Shown here in pieces: positions 13,643-24,300 of a DNA stretch of 59,071 nucleotides; positions within the stretch are counted from its first letter, which is position 1, and each line of letters opens with the position of its first letter. This DNA comes from Malacoraja senta. Lineage: Eukaryota. The stretch lies in contig JAXLNO010000574.1 in the NCBI GenBank assembly GCA_038087875.1, positions 1 to 59,071 of the forward strand. Direction: 5' to 3'. A model generated the notes under the pieces. That model did no database searches. It saw only the letters and a program-made list of their open reading frames with translations, and was not told where the DNA came from. A program made the position numbers and the translations under genes.

Positions 13643-14943
13643 TTTTATTTTATTTTTTTTTTTATTTTTATTTTTTAGAAGTACGGTAGATTACAGTAAT
13701 GTACAACACGTATATATTAATACATTTTTTGTACCGCTTCACTTTTTTAAACTTTAAGAAAGAAAAAGAAAGAAGTAAGAAAAGTGAAGAAAGTGCGCAA
13801 AGGTTGTGAAGTGCAAAAGAGTGTTGGGAAAAGAAAGCCCCTTAGAAAAGAGGTTAGAGAAGGAAGTAAAGTTAGAAAATAGACCCTAGAAAAAAAAGAG
13901 AAAGAAAGAAGGAACAATCGCTCTATTATAACTCTTATACCATACTTCATAGAGAAGGAACTACCAACCAAGTCTATTTTTATTTTACCTCCCATTACCA
14001 GGTCCAGATACCTTTTATTTATTTATTTGTTTTTCTAAATTACTATTGCACCTCATGCTTGTAATAGGTCCAAAAACGTAGACCACGTCTTTTGAAATTG
14101 GTCTACTTTGCCTACTAGGAGGAATCTCATCTCTTCCAGATGTAATGTTTCCAACATATTTGATGTCCACATTTTTATTGTTGGTGTGGGCGCATTTTTC
14201 CAGAATTTAAGTATAAGCTTTTTTCCCATTATTAGCCCATAATTGAGTAAATTCTTCTGATACACGTTTAATTCAGGAATACCTTCCGATATTCCAAAAA
14301 TAATCCATTCTGGTTTTGGTACCAGTTTTATTTTGATTAATTTTGAAAAAATATCAAATATTTCAAACCAGAATTTTTGGATTTTTGTACAAAAAACAAA
14401 AGAATGTGCTATGGTAGCTTCTTGACATATACATTTATCACAGATTGGTGAGACGTTAGGAAAGATTTTATTTAGTTTGGTTTTTGAATAATATAATCTA
14501 TGTAATGTTTTAAATTGGATAAGCGTATGTCGTACGTTGATCGAGCATTTATGCACCTGTAATAAATGATTATCCCAACTCTCTTTTGAAATTTTTATAC
14601 CTAGATCTTGTTCCCAATCTCTTCTAATTCCATCTGTTGTGGGTATTTCTATATTTAAGATGATATTATATAAGTATGATATTAAATTAACTGATTCCGC
14701 CTTTGTCTTCATTGCTTCATCTAGTAAGTCGGAAGGCATATTATAATAATCTTTTGTGTGTGTTTTCAAATAGTCACAGATTTGTATATATTTAAAATAT
14801 TGATTATTTTTCAAATTATATTTCAGTTGTAGTTGTTGGAATGATAGTAATTTTTCTAATTCATACAGATCTTCGAGCGTTTTAATTCCCATTCTTTCCC
14901 ATTGTATAAATGCTTTATCTATGATTGAAGGTTTAAACGATGG
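13618..14943 (-). mobile_element. 5'-truncated L1 inserted into the older L1
   Basis: ORF 14053-14892; poly(T) at 13625-13675; 17-bp TSD gggtttgtaatatatat at 13601-13617 and 14944-14960. Confidence 0.9.
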
Positions 14944-17900
14944 GGGTTTGTAATATATATTAATACTTCATCTGCATATAAAGAGATTTTATTAATTGTG
15001 TCTTTAGTATTATACCCGTATATTTCTGGATGGGCACTAACACTTTCTGCTAATGGTTCAATTGCGAGAGCGAATAATAATGGAGATAGCGGGCATCCTT
15101 GTCTATAACCTCTAGATAAATTAAATTTAGTTGATAACATTTGGTTTGTTAATATTCTAGCTGTTGTGTTAGAATATAAGTTTAACCCATGTGCAGTACT
15201 TCTCCCCCAGTTGAAAATTTTCCATCACCGAAAATAGGTATGACCATTCCACCTGATCAAATGATTTTTCAGCATCTAACGAAATGATTGCTAGGTCTAT
15301 GTTAGCAATTCTATTTGAATATATAATATTGAATAATCATCTCAAATTATAAGATGAGTAACGTTTTGGAATAAAACCTGTTTGGTCGGGGTGTATTAAT
15401 TTGTTAATCACTAAACCTAATCTATGTGCTAGGACTTTAGTTAATATTTTCTGATCTGTATTTAAGAGCTATTGCTCTATATGAACCTGGGTCTTCAAGG
15501 TCCTTATCTGTTTTTGGTATAAGTGTTATTGTAGATTCGTTTAAAGTTTCTGGCTGTTTCTGTTGAGTAAAAGCATACATATACAGTGTCTGTAAGCATG
15601 GGGAAATCAGATCATAAAATTGTTTGTAAAATTCAGAGCTTAGGCAATCGGGGCCTGCGGCCTTTCCGTATTTTAAAGATCTAATAGACTCTTCGATATC
15701 TTTTACTGTTATTTCAGCACCTAGTAATTCTCTCTCTTTCAAATCTAAACCTGTAAGATTACATTTCTGTAAACATTCTTCCATTCCTGCAGAGTGTCTA
15801 TCACTTTAGTTGAGTAAAGTTTTTGATAGTATTGTAAAAATATGTCATTGATATCTTTGGGCAGTGTTAATATTTCTCCCTTATCTGATCTAATTTTATA
15901 AATTGTTTTTTCCCCGTCCAGTTTTCGAAGTTGGCGTGCCAATAGTTTTTGTGGTTTGTCACCGAATTCAAAGTGTAGTTGTTTAGTCTGTTGATAAAGT
16001 TTTATAACTTGGTCTGAGTATATTTTATTTAACTTGTATTTCAATACTGCAATTTTATTGTTTTATCATAGATGGCACTGTAGCATTTTCTATGTCTAAT
16101 TGCCTTATTTCCATTTCCAGTGTCTGTTGTTTAGCCCGATTCTCTCTATTATGAAATGCTTGGGAGGAGATTAATGCTCCTCGTACAAATGCTTTAAATG
16201 TTTCCCAGAGAAGGGAGGGAGAAGTTCCAGGACGTTCATTAGCCTCGAAAAACATATTAATGTTTTCTAAGATATTCATGACATACTTTTTCATTTAAAA
16301 TTTGGGGGTTAAGTCTCCATTGTGTCTGTTTCTCGGCCATTCCGTTTAGTTTAATCATAAATGTTAGTGGTGCATGGTCCGAGATTATAATATTATGATA
16401 TTTCGAGTTGTAGGTAAATGGAATGAGTTTGGAGTCTACTAAGAAATAGTCTATCCTTGAGTAGGTTTTATGCACCGGTGAGTAAAATGAATATTCTCCT
16501 CCAGATGGATTTTCAATTCTCCAGACATCCTTGATGTTGGTAGTATTAATATATGAGTTTAGAAATTCACTTGTCTTGAGATTTCACTTTTCTTTGTCTT
16601 GATGATCTGTTTAAATAAGAGTCTAGTGTACAATTTAAGTCTCCACCAATTATTAATTTGTGTTGTGTAAATTCCGGAATAGTATTGAAAATGTTCTTGA
16701 AAAACAAGGGACTATCAAAATTTGGTCCATATACATTAAGATAATCACTTTTTTTGAATATAACTCACCTACTAATACAATATATCTGCTGTCGATATCT
16801 TCTATAGTTGATGTATGTTTAAAAGGTGTACCTTTACGGATTAATATTGCAACCCCTCTAGATTTATGTGAGAATGAAGAGTGATACGTTTTAGCAATCC
16901 ATTTTGCTTTCAATCCTGGAGGAATATTATATCTGTTGTAAGTGATTTTAAATGAGCTAATACTTTACCTCTCTTGATTGGTTCATTAATTCCCTTAATG
17001 TTCCAACTACAGAATGTAATTCCTTCACCCCCAATTTTATTGTGTTTTATCATAGATGGTGCTGTAGCATTTTCTATGTCTAATTGCCTTATTTTCATTT
17101 CCAGTGTCTGTTGTTTAGCCCGATTCTCTCTATTATGAAATGCTTGGGAGGAGATTAATGCTCCTCGTACAAATGCTTTAAATGTTTCCCAGAGAAGGGA
17201 GGGAGAAGTTCCGGGATGTTCATTAGCCTCGAAAAACATATTAATGTTTTATAAGATATTAACATCTTGCATCTTATGGTTAGGGTGGTCTATAAAAGAG
17301 CAAATGGTTCAGCACATTAAACCCAACCTTACACCCGAACATCAGATAGACGAATTTTAGATCTCGTAGGTCTTCCTCCCAGACATATCTCCTGAAGTAA
17401 AACTTATAATTCCATTCAAAATTAAAATTATAATATGATATAAAATAGAGAAGGTGAGAGAATAAAAGGTTAGTAAAGTGTAAAAGAAAGGAAAGAAGTA
17501 CATCTATAGTTGGTGTAGTTAGTGATAGCCACCCTAACGTGGCTAGCCATCTATAGACTTCCGTAGCCTTTGAAAAAAAAAAGTAATACTGGCTCCGTGC
17601 TTTCCTGAAAAAAAGTTTCAATAAAAACAATTTATGGGGGAAGGAAAAAACATTTTTTGGTCCAAAGTATTTATAATCCGTTAGTGAAAGAGTTATTAGT
17701 CTCAAAGTAAAATATTAGTCCCATATAAAAAATATTAATCAAAAATTGGTTAAAAGTATTAAAAAAAAAGAAAAAACTCCAAATTATTAATAAATTGCCT
17801 GAATCACACGTTACTTATAATTCATATTTTTAACGAATTCTGAGTAGATCCAATTAATAATAATTAATAATCATAATTAGTAGTAATTAGTGCTAAAATA

Positions 17901-18609
17901 TAAATGTTATATAGCAAAAGCAAAAAAACTTGCTTGACTCTCATTATCAGTTTTAAGTAGTCCTCAAGAATAACAATTTAAAGTTCCATTTGTTCTCTAC
18001 GAGGTAACGATGCCCGGTAACGTCGGGTGGGTGTTGAGTATTGTTCAATCATCGGTCTTATTCTCAATGTTCTGGGCGAAATCAAGTGCTTCCATGTGGT
18101 TAGTGAAGAAATATTCCTTCCTCTTGTAGGTAACTCTCAGTGTTGCGGGGTACATCAGTCCATATCTCAGATCTTGTATATTCTTAAGTATTCTTCTTGT
18201 CTCTGTAAACAGCGCTCTCTTCCTGGTGACCACAGGATAATCTCTAAATATACTGATCTTGTCTCCTTCAAATATGAGATCTCTGTTGCGAACGATTTTC
18301 TTCATCATATCATCCAAAACATGGTCATATTGCACCTTGACTATCAGTTGTCTTGGGGGGGGGGGCATCCGCCCTTGGGCGGCGTCCCAGTGCTCTGTGT
18401 ACCTGACCAAGTAAAGGTTCTTGATCAAGATTTAAGACTTTTTTTAATAGGTCTGCAGCGAATTCACGGAGGTCACGGCTCCCCTCTCTGCCTTCATGAA
18501 CGCCCACAATTCTTAAATTCTGGCGTCTCTGACGTCCCTCCGTCAATACATTTTTCAGTTATTTTACTCAATAAGTCTGATAAACGCTTGTTCTCGGAGA
18601 GAAGCTTTT

Positions 18610-19330
18610 TTGCCATAGAGGGAGTACAGAGAAGGTTCACCAGACTGATTCCTGGGATGGCAGGACTTTCATATGAAGAAAGAATGGATAGACTCAGCTT
18701 GTACTCGCTAGAATTTAGAAGATTGAGGGGGGATCTTATAGAAACTTACAAAATTCTTAAGGGGTTGGACAGGCTAGATGCAGGAAGTTTGTTCCCGATG
18801 TTGGGGAAGTCCAGAACAAGGGGTCACAGTTTAAGGATAAGGGGGAAGTCTTTTAGGACCAAAATGAGAAAAACATTTTTCACAGAGTGGTGAATCTGTG
18901 GAATTCTCTGCCACAGAAGGTAGTTGAGGGCAGTTAATTGGCTATATTTAAGTTAGATATGGCCCTTGTGGCTAAAGAGATCAGGGGTTATGGAGAGAAG
19001 GCAGGTACAGGATACCGAGTTGGATGATCAGCCATGATCATATTGAATGGCGGTGCATGCTCGAAGGGCTGAATGGCTTAATCCTGCACCTATTAGATTT
19101 AGCTCTTAAGGCTAAAGGAATCAAGGGATTTGGGGAGATAGCTGCCAGAGGAGGTCGTTGAGGCTGGGACTATTCCAACCTTTAAGAAACAGTTACACGG
19201 GTACATGGATAGGACAAGTTTGGTGGAATATTCACCAAATGCAGGCAGGTGGGACTAGTGTAACTGGGACATGTTGGCCGGTGTGGGCCAGTTGGGCCGA
19301 AGGGCCTGTTTCCACACCGTATCACTCTAT
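18610..19330 (+). mobile_element. CR1 LINE 3' fragments (two subfamilies)
   Basis: [24 protein letters not shown]... and CR1 tails. Confidence 0.85.
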
Positions 19331-19339
19331 GACCCCAAC

Positions 19340-19625
19340 ACAAAGTGCTGGAGTAACTCAACGGGTTAGGCAGCATCTGTGGAGAACATGGATAGGTGAT
19401 GTTTCACAGAGTGCTGGAGTAACTCAGCGGGTCAGGCAGCATCTGTGGAGAACATGGATAGGTGACGTTTCAAAGAGTGCTGGAGTAACTCAGCGGGTCA
19501 GGCAGCATCTGTGGAGAACATGGATAGGTGACGTTTCAGTGCTGGAATAACTCGGTGGGTCAGGCAGCATCTGTGGAGAACATGGATAGGTGACATTTCG
19601 GGTCAGGACCCTTCTTCAGACTAAC
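19340..19625 (-). repeat. 66-bp tandem repeat (~4 copies) derived from the Penelope terminal repeat, headed by a hammerhead-like motif
   Basis: gtgctgga recurs at 19345, 19411, 19477 and 19539. The minus strand at ~19590-19625 reads agtCTGAAGAagggtcctgacccGAAAtGTCacc. Confidence 0.8.
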
Positions 19626-19959
19626 ACTATGTTAACAGATAAGGGGGTGATCGAAAGATGAGTGAAGTGACAGAGGCGAGGGAAAATAAGGAGATAAAAG
19701 GATGTGAGATAAGGAGAGAGGAATGTATATGTGCAGCTTTAAGGGACATTGTTCGGGTAGCATTTGGAGTATTGCATTCAGTTAACCCGAATGGTTTAAA
19801 AACAAGTAACTGCAGATGCTGGTTCACAAAAAAGGACACAAAATGCTGGAATACTCGGCGGGTCAGGCAGCATCTCTGGACAGAAGGACTCAGTGACATT
19901 TCGGGTCGAGACTGAGGAGGGTCTCGACCAGAAATGTTACCCATTCCTTCCAGCATTTT

Positions 19960-20608
19960 ATGTCTACCTAAACAGCATCTATGCACGTGACGGTGTGCCA
20001 GCAGCCTGGTGGAGCGGGTAAAGGCCTTGCCACAGAGCGATCAGGTGAAGGGGCGCTGGCCAGTGTGGACTCGCCAGTGCTTCAGCAGGTGGTCAAGGTG
20101 GGTGAAGCCCTTACCACAGGACGGGCAGCAGAAGGGATGCTCACCGCTGTGGGTACGCCGATTCTGCCACAGGCTGGACATGGGTGAAACCCTTGCCACA
20201 CTCAGCGCACACAAAGGGTCTCTCTCTGGTGCTCCCACAGCCCCTATGCTCTCTTGTCACAGTGGGAGCAGCTGCTCGCCGGCGTGGGTCCGCCGGTGCT
20301 GCCGCAACCCCCGCGAGCTGTCAAACTGTTCACCGCAGTACGGGCAGTCGTATGGCTAGCCACAGGTGTGCACGTGCTGGTGAGACAGGGCGTGTGAGGC
20401 CTTGGCAAAGCGCTCCACACACCGGGCTGGGGACGGGACTGTCGCCGGCGTGCACCCGCTGGTGGGACAGCAGATTGGTGGAGCAGGTGAAGCCCTTGCC
20501 ACACTGGGTACAGGTGTAGGGGCACTCGCCGGTGTGGGTATGCTGGTGCGTCTGCAGGCTGCTGGACTGGGTGTAGCCCTTGCCGCACTAGGCACAGGTG
20601 TAGGGGCG
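19960..20608 (-). pseudogene. Disabled C-terminal fingers of ZNF-A
   Basis: Finger sequence continues past the stop with a second TAG (CAG>TAG), a 2-nt deletion at VCG(ER)F, another TAG and further deletions. Residual CPSCGKGFTHLDHLLKH is still recognisable. Confidence 0.85.
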
Positions 20609-22477
20609 CTAGCCGGTGTGGATGCGCTGGTGCTTCAGCAGGTTGCTGGACTGGGCGAAGCCCTTGCCGCACTGGGCACAGGTGTAGGGGCGCTCGCCGG
20701 TGTGGGTGCGCCGGTGCGTCTGCAGGCTGGTGGATTGGGTGAAGCCCTTGCCGCACTGGGCGCAGGTGTAGGGGCGCTCGCCGGTGTGGGTGCGCTGGTG
20801 CCTCAGCAGGTCGCTGGATTGGGTGAAGCCCTTGCCGCACTGTGCACAGGTATAGGGGTGCTCGCCGGTGTGGGTGCGCTGGTGATCCAGAAGGACGCTG
20901 GATTGGGTGAAGCCCTTTCCGCATTGGGTACAGGTGTAGGGGCGCTCGCCGGTGTGGGTATGCAGGTGCATCTGCAGGTTGCTGGACTGGGTGTAGCCCT
21001 TGCCGCACTGGGCACAGGTGTAGGGGCGCTCGCCGGTGTGGGTGCGCTGGTGTTTCAGCAGGTTGCTGGACTGGGTGAAGCCCTTGCCGCACTGGGCACA
21101 GTTGTAGGGGCGCTCGCCAGTGTGGGTGCGCTGGTGCATCTGCAGGCTGTCGGATTGGGTGAAGCCCTTACCGCACTGGGCACAGGTGTAGGGGCGTTCG
21201 CCGGTGTGGATGCGCTGGTGCTTCAGCAGGCTGTCAGAGCTGGTGAAGCCCTTGCCACACTGGGTACAGGTGTAGGGGCGCTCGCCGGTGTGGGTATGCA
21301 GGTGCATCTGCAGGTTGCTGGACTGGGTGTAGCCCTTGCCGCACTGGGCACAGGTGTAGGGGCGCTCGCCGGTGTGGGTGCGCTGGTGCTTCAGCAGGTT
21401 GCTGGACTGGGTGAAGCCCTTGCCGCACTGGGCACAGGTGTAGGGGCGCTCGCCGGTGTGGGTGCGCTGGTGCGTCTGCAGGCTGTCAGATTGGGTGAAG
21501 CCTTTGCCGCACTGGGCACACGTGTAGGGGCGCTCGCCGGTGTGGGTGAGCTGGTGCCTCAGCAGGTCACTGGATTGGGTGAAGCCCTTGCCGCACTGTG
21601 CACAGGTATATGGGTGCTCGCCGGTGTGGGTGCGATGGTGATCCAGAAGGCGGCTGGATCTGGTGAAGCCCTTGCCGCATCGGGCACAGTTGTAGGGGCG
21701 CTCCCCGGTGTGGGTGCGCTGGTGCTGCAGCAGGCTGCCGGAGTGGGTGAAGCCCTTGCCGCACTGGGCACAGGTGTACGGGCGCTCGCCGGTGTGGGTG
21801 CGCTGGTGCGTCTGCAGGTTGCCGTATTGGGTGAAACCCTTGCCGCACTGTGCACAGGTGTAGGGGCGCTCGCCGGTGTGGGTGCGCTGGTGCACCCGCA
21901 GGCTGCTGGACTCGGTGAAGCCCTTGCCGCACTGGGCACAGGTGTAGGGGCGCTCGCCGGTGTGGGTGCGCTGGTGCGTCTGCAGGTGGCCGTATTGGGT
22001 GAAGCCCTTGCCGCAGTCGCTGCAGGTGTAGGGCCGCTCCCCGGTGTGCAACCGCCTCTGCACCTTCAGGTCCGTGCACGACTTGAAGCCATTGCCGCAG
22101 TCGGAGCTGGTGAAGGGCCGCTCACTGCTGTGCACCCGCTGGTGTTCCCGCAGCCCCGACAACCCGGTAAGGATCTTGCCGCAAGTGGAGCTGCCATAGG
22201 GCTTCTCGCCCGTGTGCACCCTCCGGTGCGTCTTCAGGAACTGCGAACTCTTGAAGCTCTTGCCGCAGTCGGAACAGGTGAAGGGCCTCTCACTGGAGTG
22301 CACGCGGTTGTGCCGCAGCAGTTTGTCGTAGCTGACGAAGTTCTTGCCGCACTCCGAGCAGTCGAAGGGGCGTTCTCCCGTGTGCACCCGCCGGTGGATC
22401 TCCAGCTTGCTCGGGTACTGACATGCCTTGCCACACACGTCACACTCGTATCGCTTCTCCTTGATGTGCCCCGCCAT
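20609..22477 (-). CDS. ZNF-A: C2H2 zinc-finger protein, 22 fingers (2 degenerate), no effector domain; prematurely terminated
   Basis: 626-aa ORF of CxxC...HxxxH repeats with TGERPY linkers. The called start is GTG at 22489; the first ATG is at 22477. Splice acceptor ctcctcctgcag|ggtttagg at 22605/22604. The ORF ends at a GAG>TAG change within a linker. Confidence 0.85.
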   Translation of the reverse strand: MAGHIKEKRYECDVCGKACQYPSKLEIHRRVHTGERPFDCSECGKNFVSYDKLLRHNRVHSSERPFTCSDCGKSFKSSQFLKTHRRVHTGEKPYGSSTCGKILTGLSGLREHQRVHSSERPFTSSDCGNGFKSCTDLKVQRRLHTGERPYTCSDCGKGFTQYGHLQTHQRTHTGERPYTCAQCGKGFTESSSLRVHQRTHTGERPYTCAQCGKGFTQYGNLQTHQRTHTGERPYTCAQCGKGFTHSGSLLQHQRTHTGERPYNCARCGKGFTRSSRLLDHHRTHTGEHPYTCAQCGKGFTQSSDLLRHQLTHTGERPYTCAQCGKGFTQSDSLQTHQRTHTGERPYTCAQCGKGFTQSSNLLKHQRTHTGERPYTCAQCGKGYTQSSNLQMHLHTHTGERPYTCTQCGKGFTSSDSLLKHQRIHTGERPYTCAQCGKGFTQSDSLQMHQRTHTGERPYNCAQCGKGFTQSSNLLKHQRTHTGERPYTCAQCGKGYTQSSNLQMHLHTHTGERPYTCTQCGKGFTQSSVLLDHQRTHTGEHPYTCAQCGKGFTQSSDLLRHQRTHTGERPYTCAQCGKGFTQSTSLQTHRRTHTGERPYTCAQCGKGFAQSSNLLKHQRIHTG

Positions 22478-22774
22478 GTGGTCCTCCACCGAAGCTCAGC
22501 CCCTCAAAGCTCAGCCCGCACACCGAGCAGATGGGGGGGGGGGGATCACCGTCAATGGCCGCTCACTTCCCCGTCTCTCCGTCCACAGCAAAGGCTCCTA
22601 AACCCTGCAGGAGGAGAACAAGATGGCAAACAGAACATTGCTAACGCGTGCTTGAAGGGAGGGGAAGTGGGTGAGGGGGGAAGTGGGGAGGGTGGGGGTC
22701 AAGTGGTGTGGGGTCAGGGTGGGGAAGGATGGGGAGGGGGTGTGTGGGGGGGGGGGTTGCTTCAACATGCTGGA

Positions 22775-23560
22775 CCACACCAGCAGGCGGCTGCTCCCAC
22801 TGCCACGAGCGTTTCAAGAGCGCATGGGGGCTGCGGGAGCACCAGCAGTTTTACACCGGAGAGAGACCCTCTTTGTGTGCACTGAGTGTGGCAAGCATTT
22901 CACCCGGATGTCCAGCCTGTGGGTTCACCCACGTTGACCACCTGCTGGAGCACCGGCGAGTCCACACCAGCCAGCACCCCTTCACCTGCCCGCTCTGTGG
23001 CAAGGCCTTTGCCCACCCCTCCGGCTTGCTGGCAAACCCTTCCTCAGTCTCGACACGAAACATCACCCATTCCTTCTCTCCAGAGGTGCTGCCTGTCCCG
23101 CTGAGTTACTCCAGCATTTTGTGTCCTTTTTGTAAACCAATATCTGCAGTTCCTTGTTTTTAAAACATCTCTGCACCTTCCCCAAAACCTCCACATCAGT
23201 CCTGTAATGGAGTGACCAGAACTGTATGCAATACTCCAAATACTCCACTCATTTGCCGATCACCACCTCATCTGTTAACATGGTGTCAGTCTGAAGAAGG
23301 GTCCCAACCCGAAATGTCACCTATCCACAGATGCTGTCTGATCCGCCGAACCACTGCAGCACTTGGTGTGAGAGTCACAGAGTGATGCAGTGTTGAAACA
23401 GGCCCTTCGACCCAACTTGACCACACTGACCAACATGTACCAGCCACACTAGTCCCATCTGCCTGCATTTGGTCCATATCCCTCCAAACTTGTCCTATCC
23501 ATGTACCTGTTCAACAAACGTTGGGATAGTCCCAGCCTCAACTACCTCGTCCGGCAGCTT
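22775..23560 (+). pseudogene. ZNF paralog 3' fragment (tail fingers plus 3' flank), opposite strand, just upstream of the ZNF-A coding exon
   Basis: CSHCHERFKSAWGLREHQ, FVCTECGKHFTRMSSLW, HLLEHRRVHTSQHPFTCPLCGKAFA, then the same flank and hammerhead motif (~23290-23325). Confidence 0.85.
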
Positions 23561-24300
23561 TCCCCCATATCCCTTGTTTCCATTAGCCCTAAGATCTAAA
23601 TCTAACTTTCTCTTGAAAACATCCAGTGAATTGGCCTCTACTGCCTTCTGTGGCAGACAATTCCACAGATTCACAACTCTCTGGGTGAAAAAGGTTTCCC
23701 CCCCATCTCAGTCCTAAATGGCTTACCCCTTATTCATAAACTGCGGCCCATGTTTCTGGACTCCCCCAACATCTGGAACATGCTTCCTGCATCTAACCTG
23801 TACAAACCCTTAATATTTTTACATGTTTCTATAAGATACCCTCTCATCCTAAATTCCAGTGAATACAAGCCGAGTCGACCCATTCTTTCATCATATGCCA
23901 ATCCCGCCATCCCGGGAATTAACCTGGTGAACCCATGCTGCATTCCCTCAATAGCAAGAATGTCCTTCCTCAAATTAGGAGACCAAAACTGCACACAATA
24001 CTCCAGGAGTGGTTTCACCAGGGCCCTGTACAACTGCAGTAGGACCTCCATGCTCCTAAACTCAACTCATCTCGCTATGAAGACCAACATGCCATTAGCT
24101 TTCTTCACTGCCTGTTGTACCTGCATGCTTACTTTCTGTGACTGATGTACAAGGACACCCATTGTACATCAGTCAATGGGTGTCCTTGTACTTCCCATTT
24201 TCCTAACCTGACACCATTCAGATAATACAGGTTGCTGGAGTGCTCTAATTTTGCCCACTAATCTCCTTTGTAGGACCTTATAAAAGGCTTTCTGAAAGTT
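23560..24300 (-). mobile_element. CR1 LINE fragments
   Basis: ORF 23734-24051 is a CR1 ORF2 C-terminus. Confidence 0.85.

Larger units (their letters stand above)
10135..18600 (-). mobile_element. Near-full-length degenerate L1 (partial ORF1; ORF2 EN-RT-C-term), split by two younger L1 insertions
   Basis: ORF1 RRQNLRIVGVHEG (18325-18546) and RYGLMYPATLRV; EN FCSWNIKG, TYSRIDYFL, ISDHAP; RT GYRQGCPLSP, SLYADE; C-terminus at 10491-10874; poly(T) at ~10140. The pieces 10135-10952, 12611-13617 and 14944-18600 are colinear. Confidence 0.88.

Noticed and set aside
18027..18893. 288-aa ORF on +
   Set aside because: Antisense of L1 ORF1 running into a CR1 fragment.
19340..19600. Regular repeats resembling a CRISPR array
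   Set aside because: Head-to-tail 66-bp units with no unique spacers, in a vertebrate context with no cas genes.
20609..22489. PRDM9 or KRAB-ZNF assignment
   Set aside because: No PR/SET, KRAB or SSXRD exon found, and there is an in-frame stop just upstream of the start.
20402..22885. 827-aa Ala/Gly/Val/Leu-rich ORF on + (also 35631-36407 and 45475-46716)
   Set aside because: Antisense shadow of GC-rich zinc-finger codons; it has the same 28-aa periodicity and no independent evidence.
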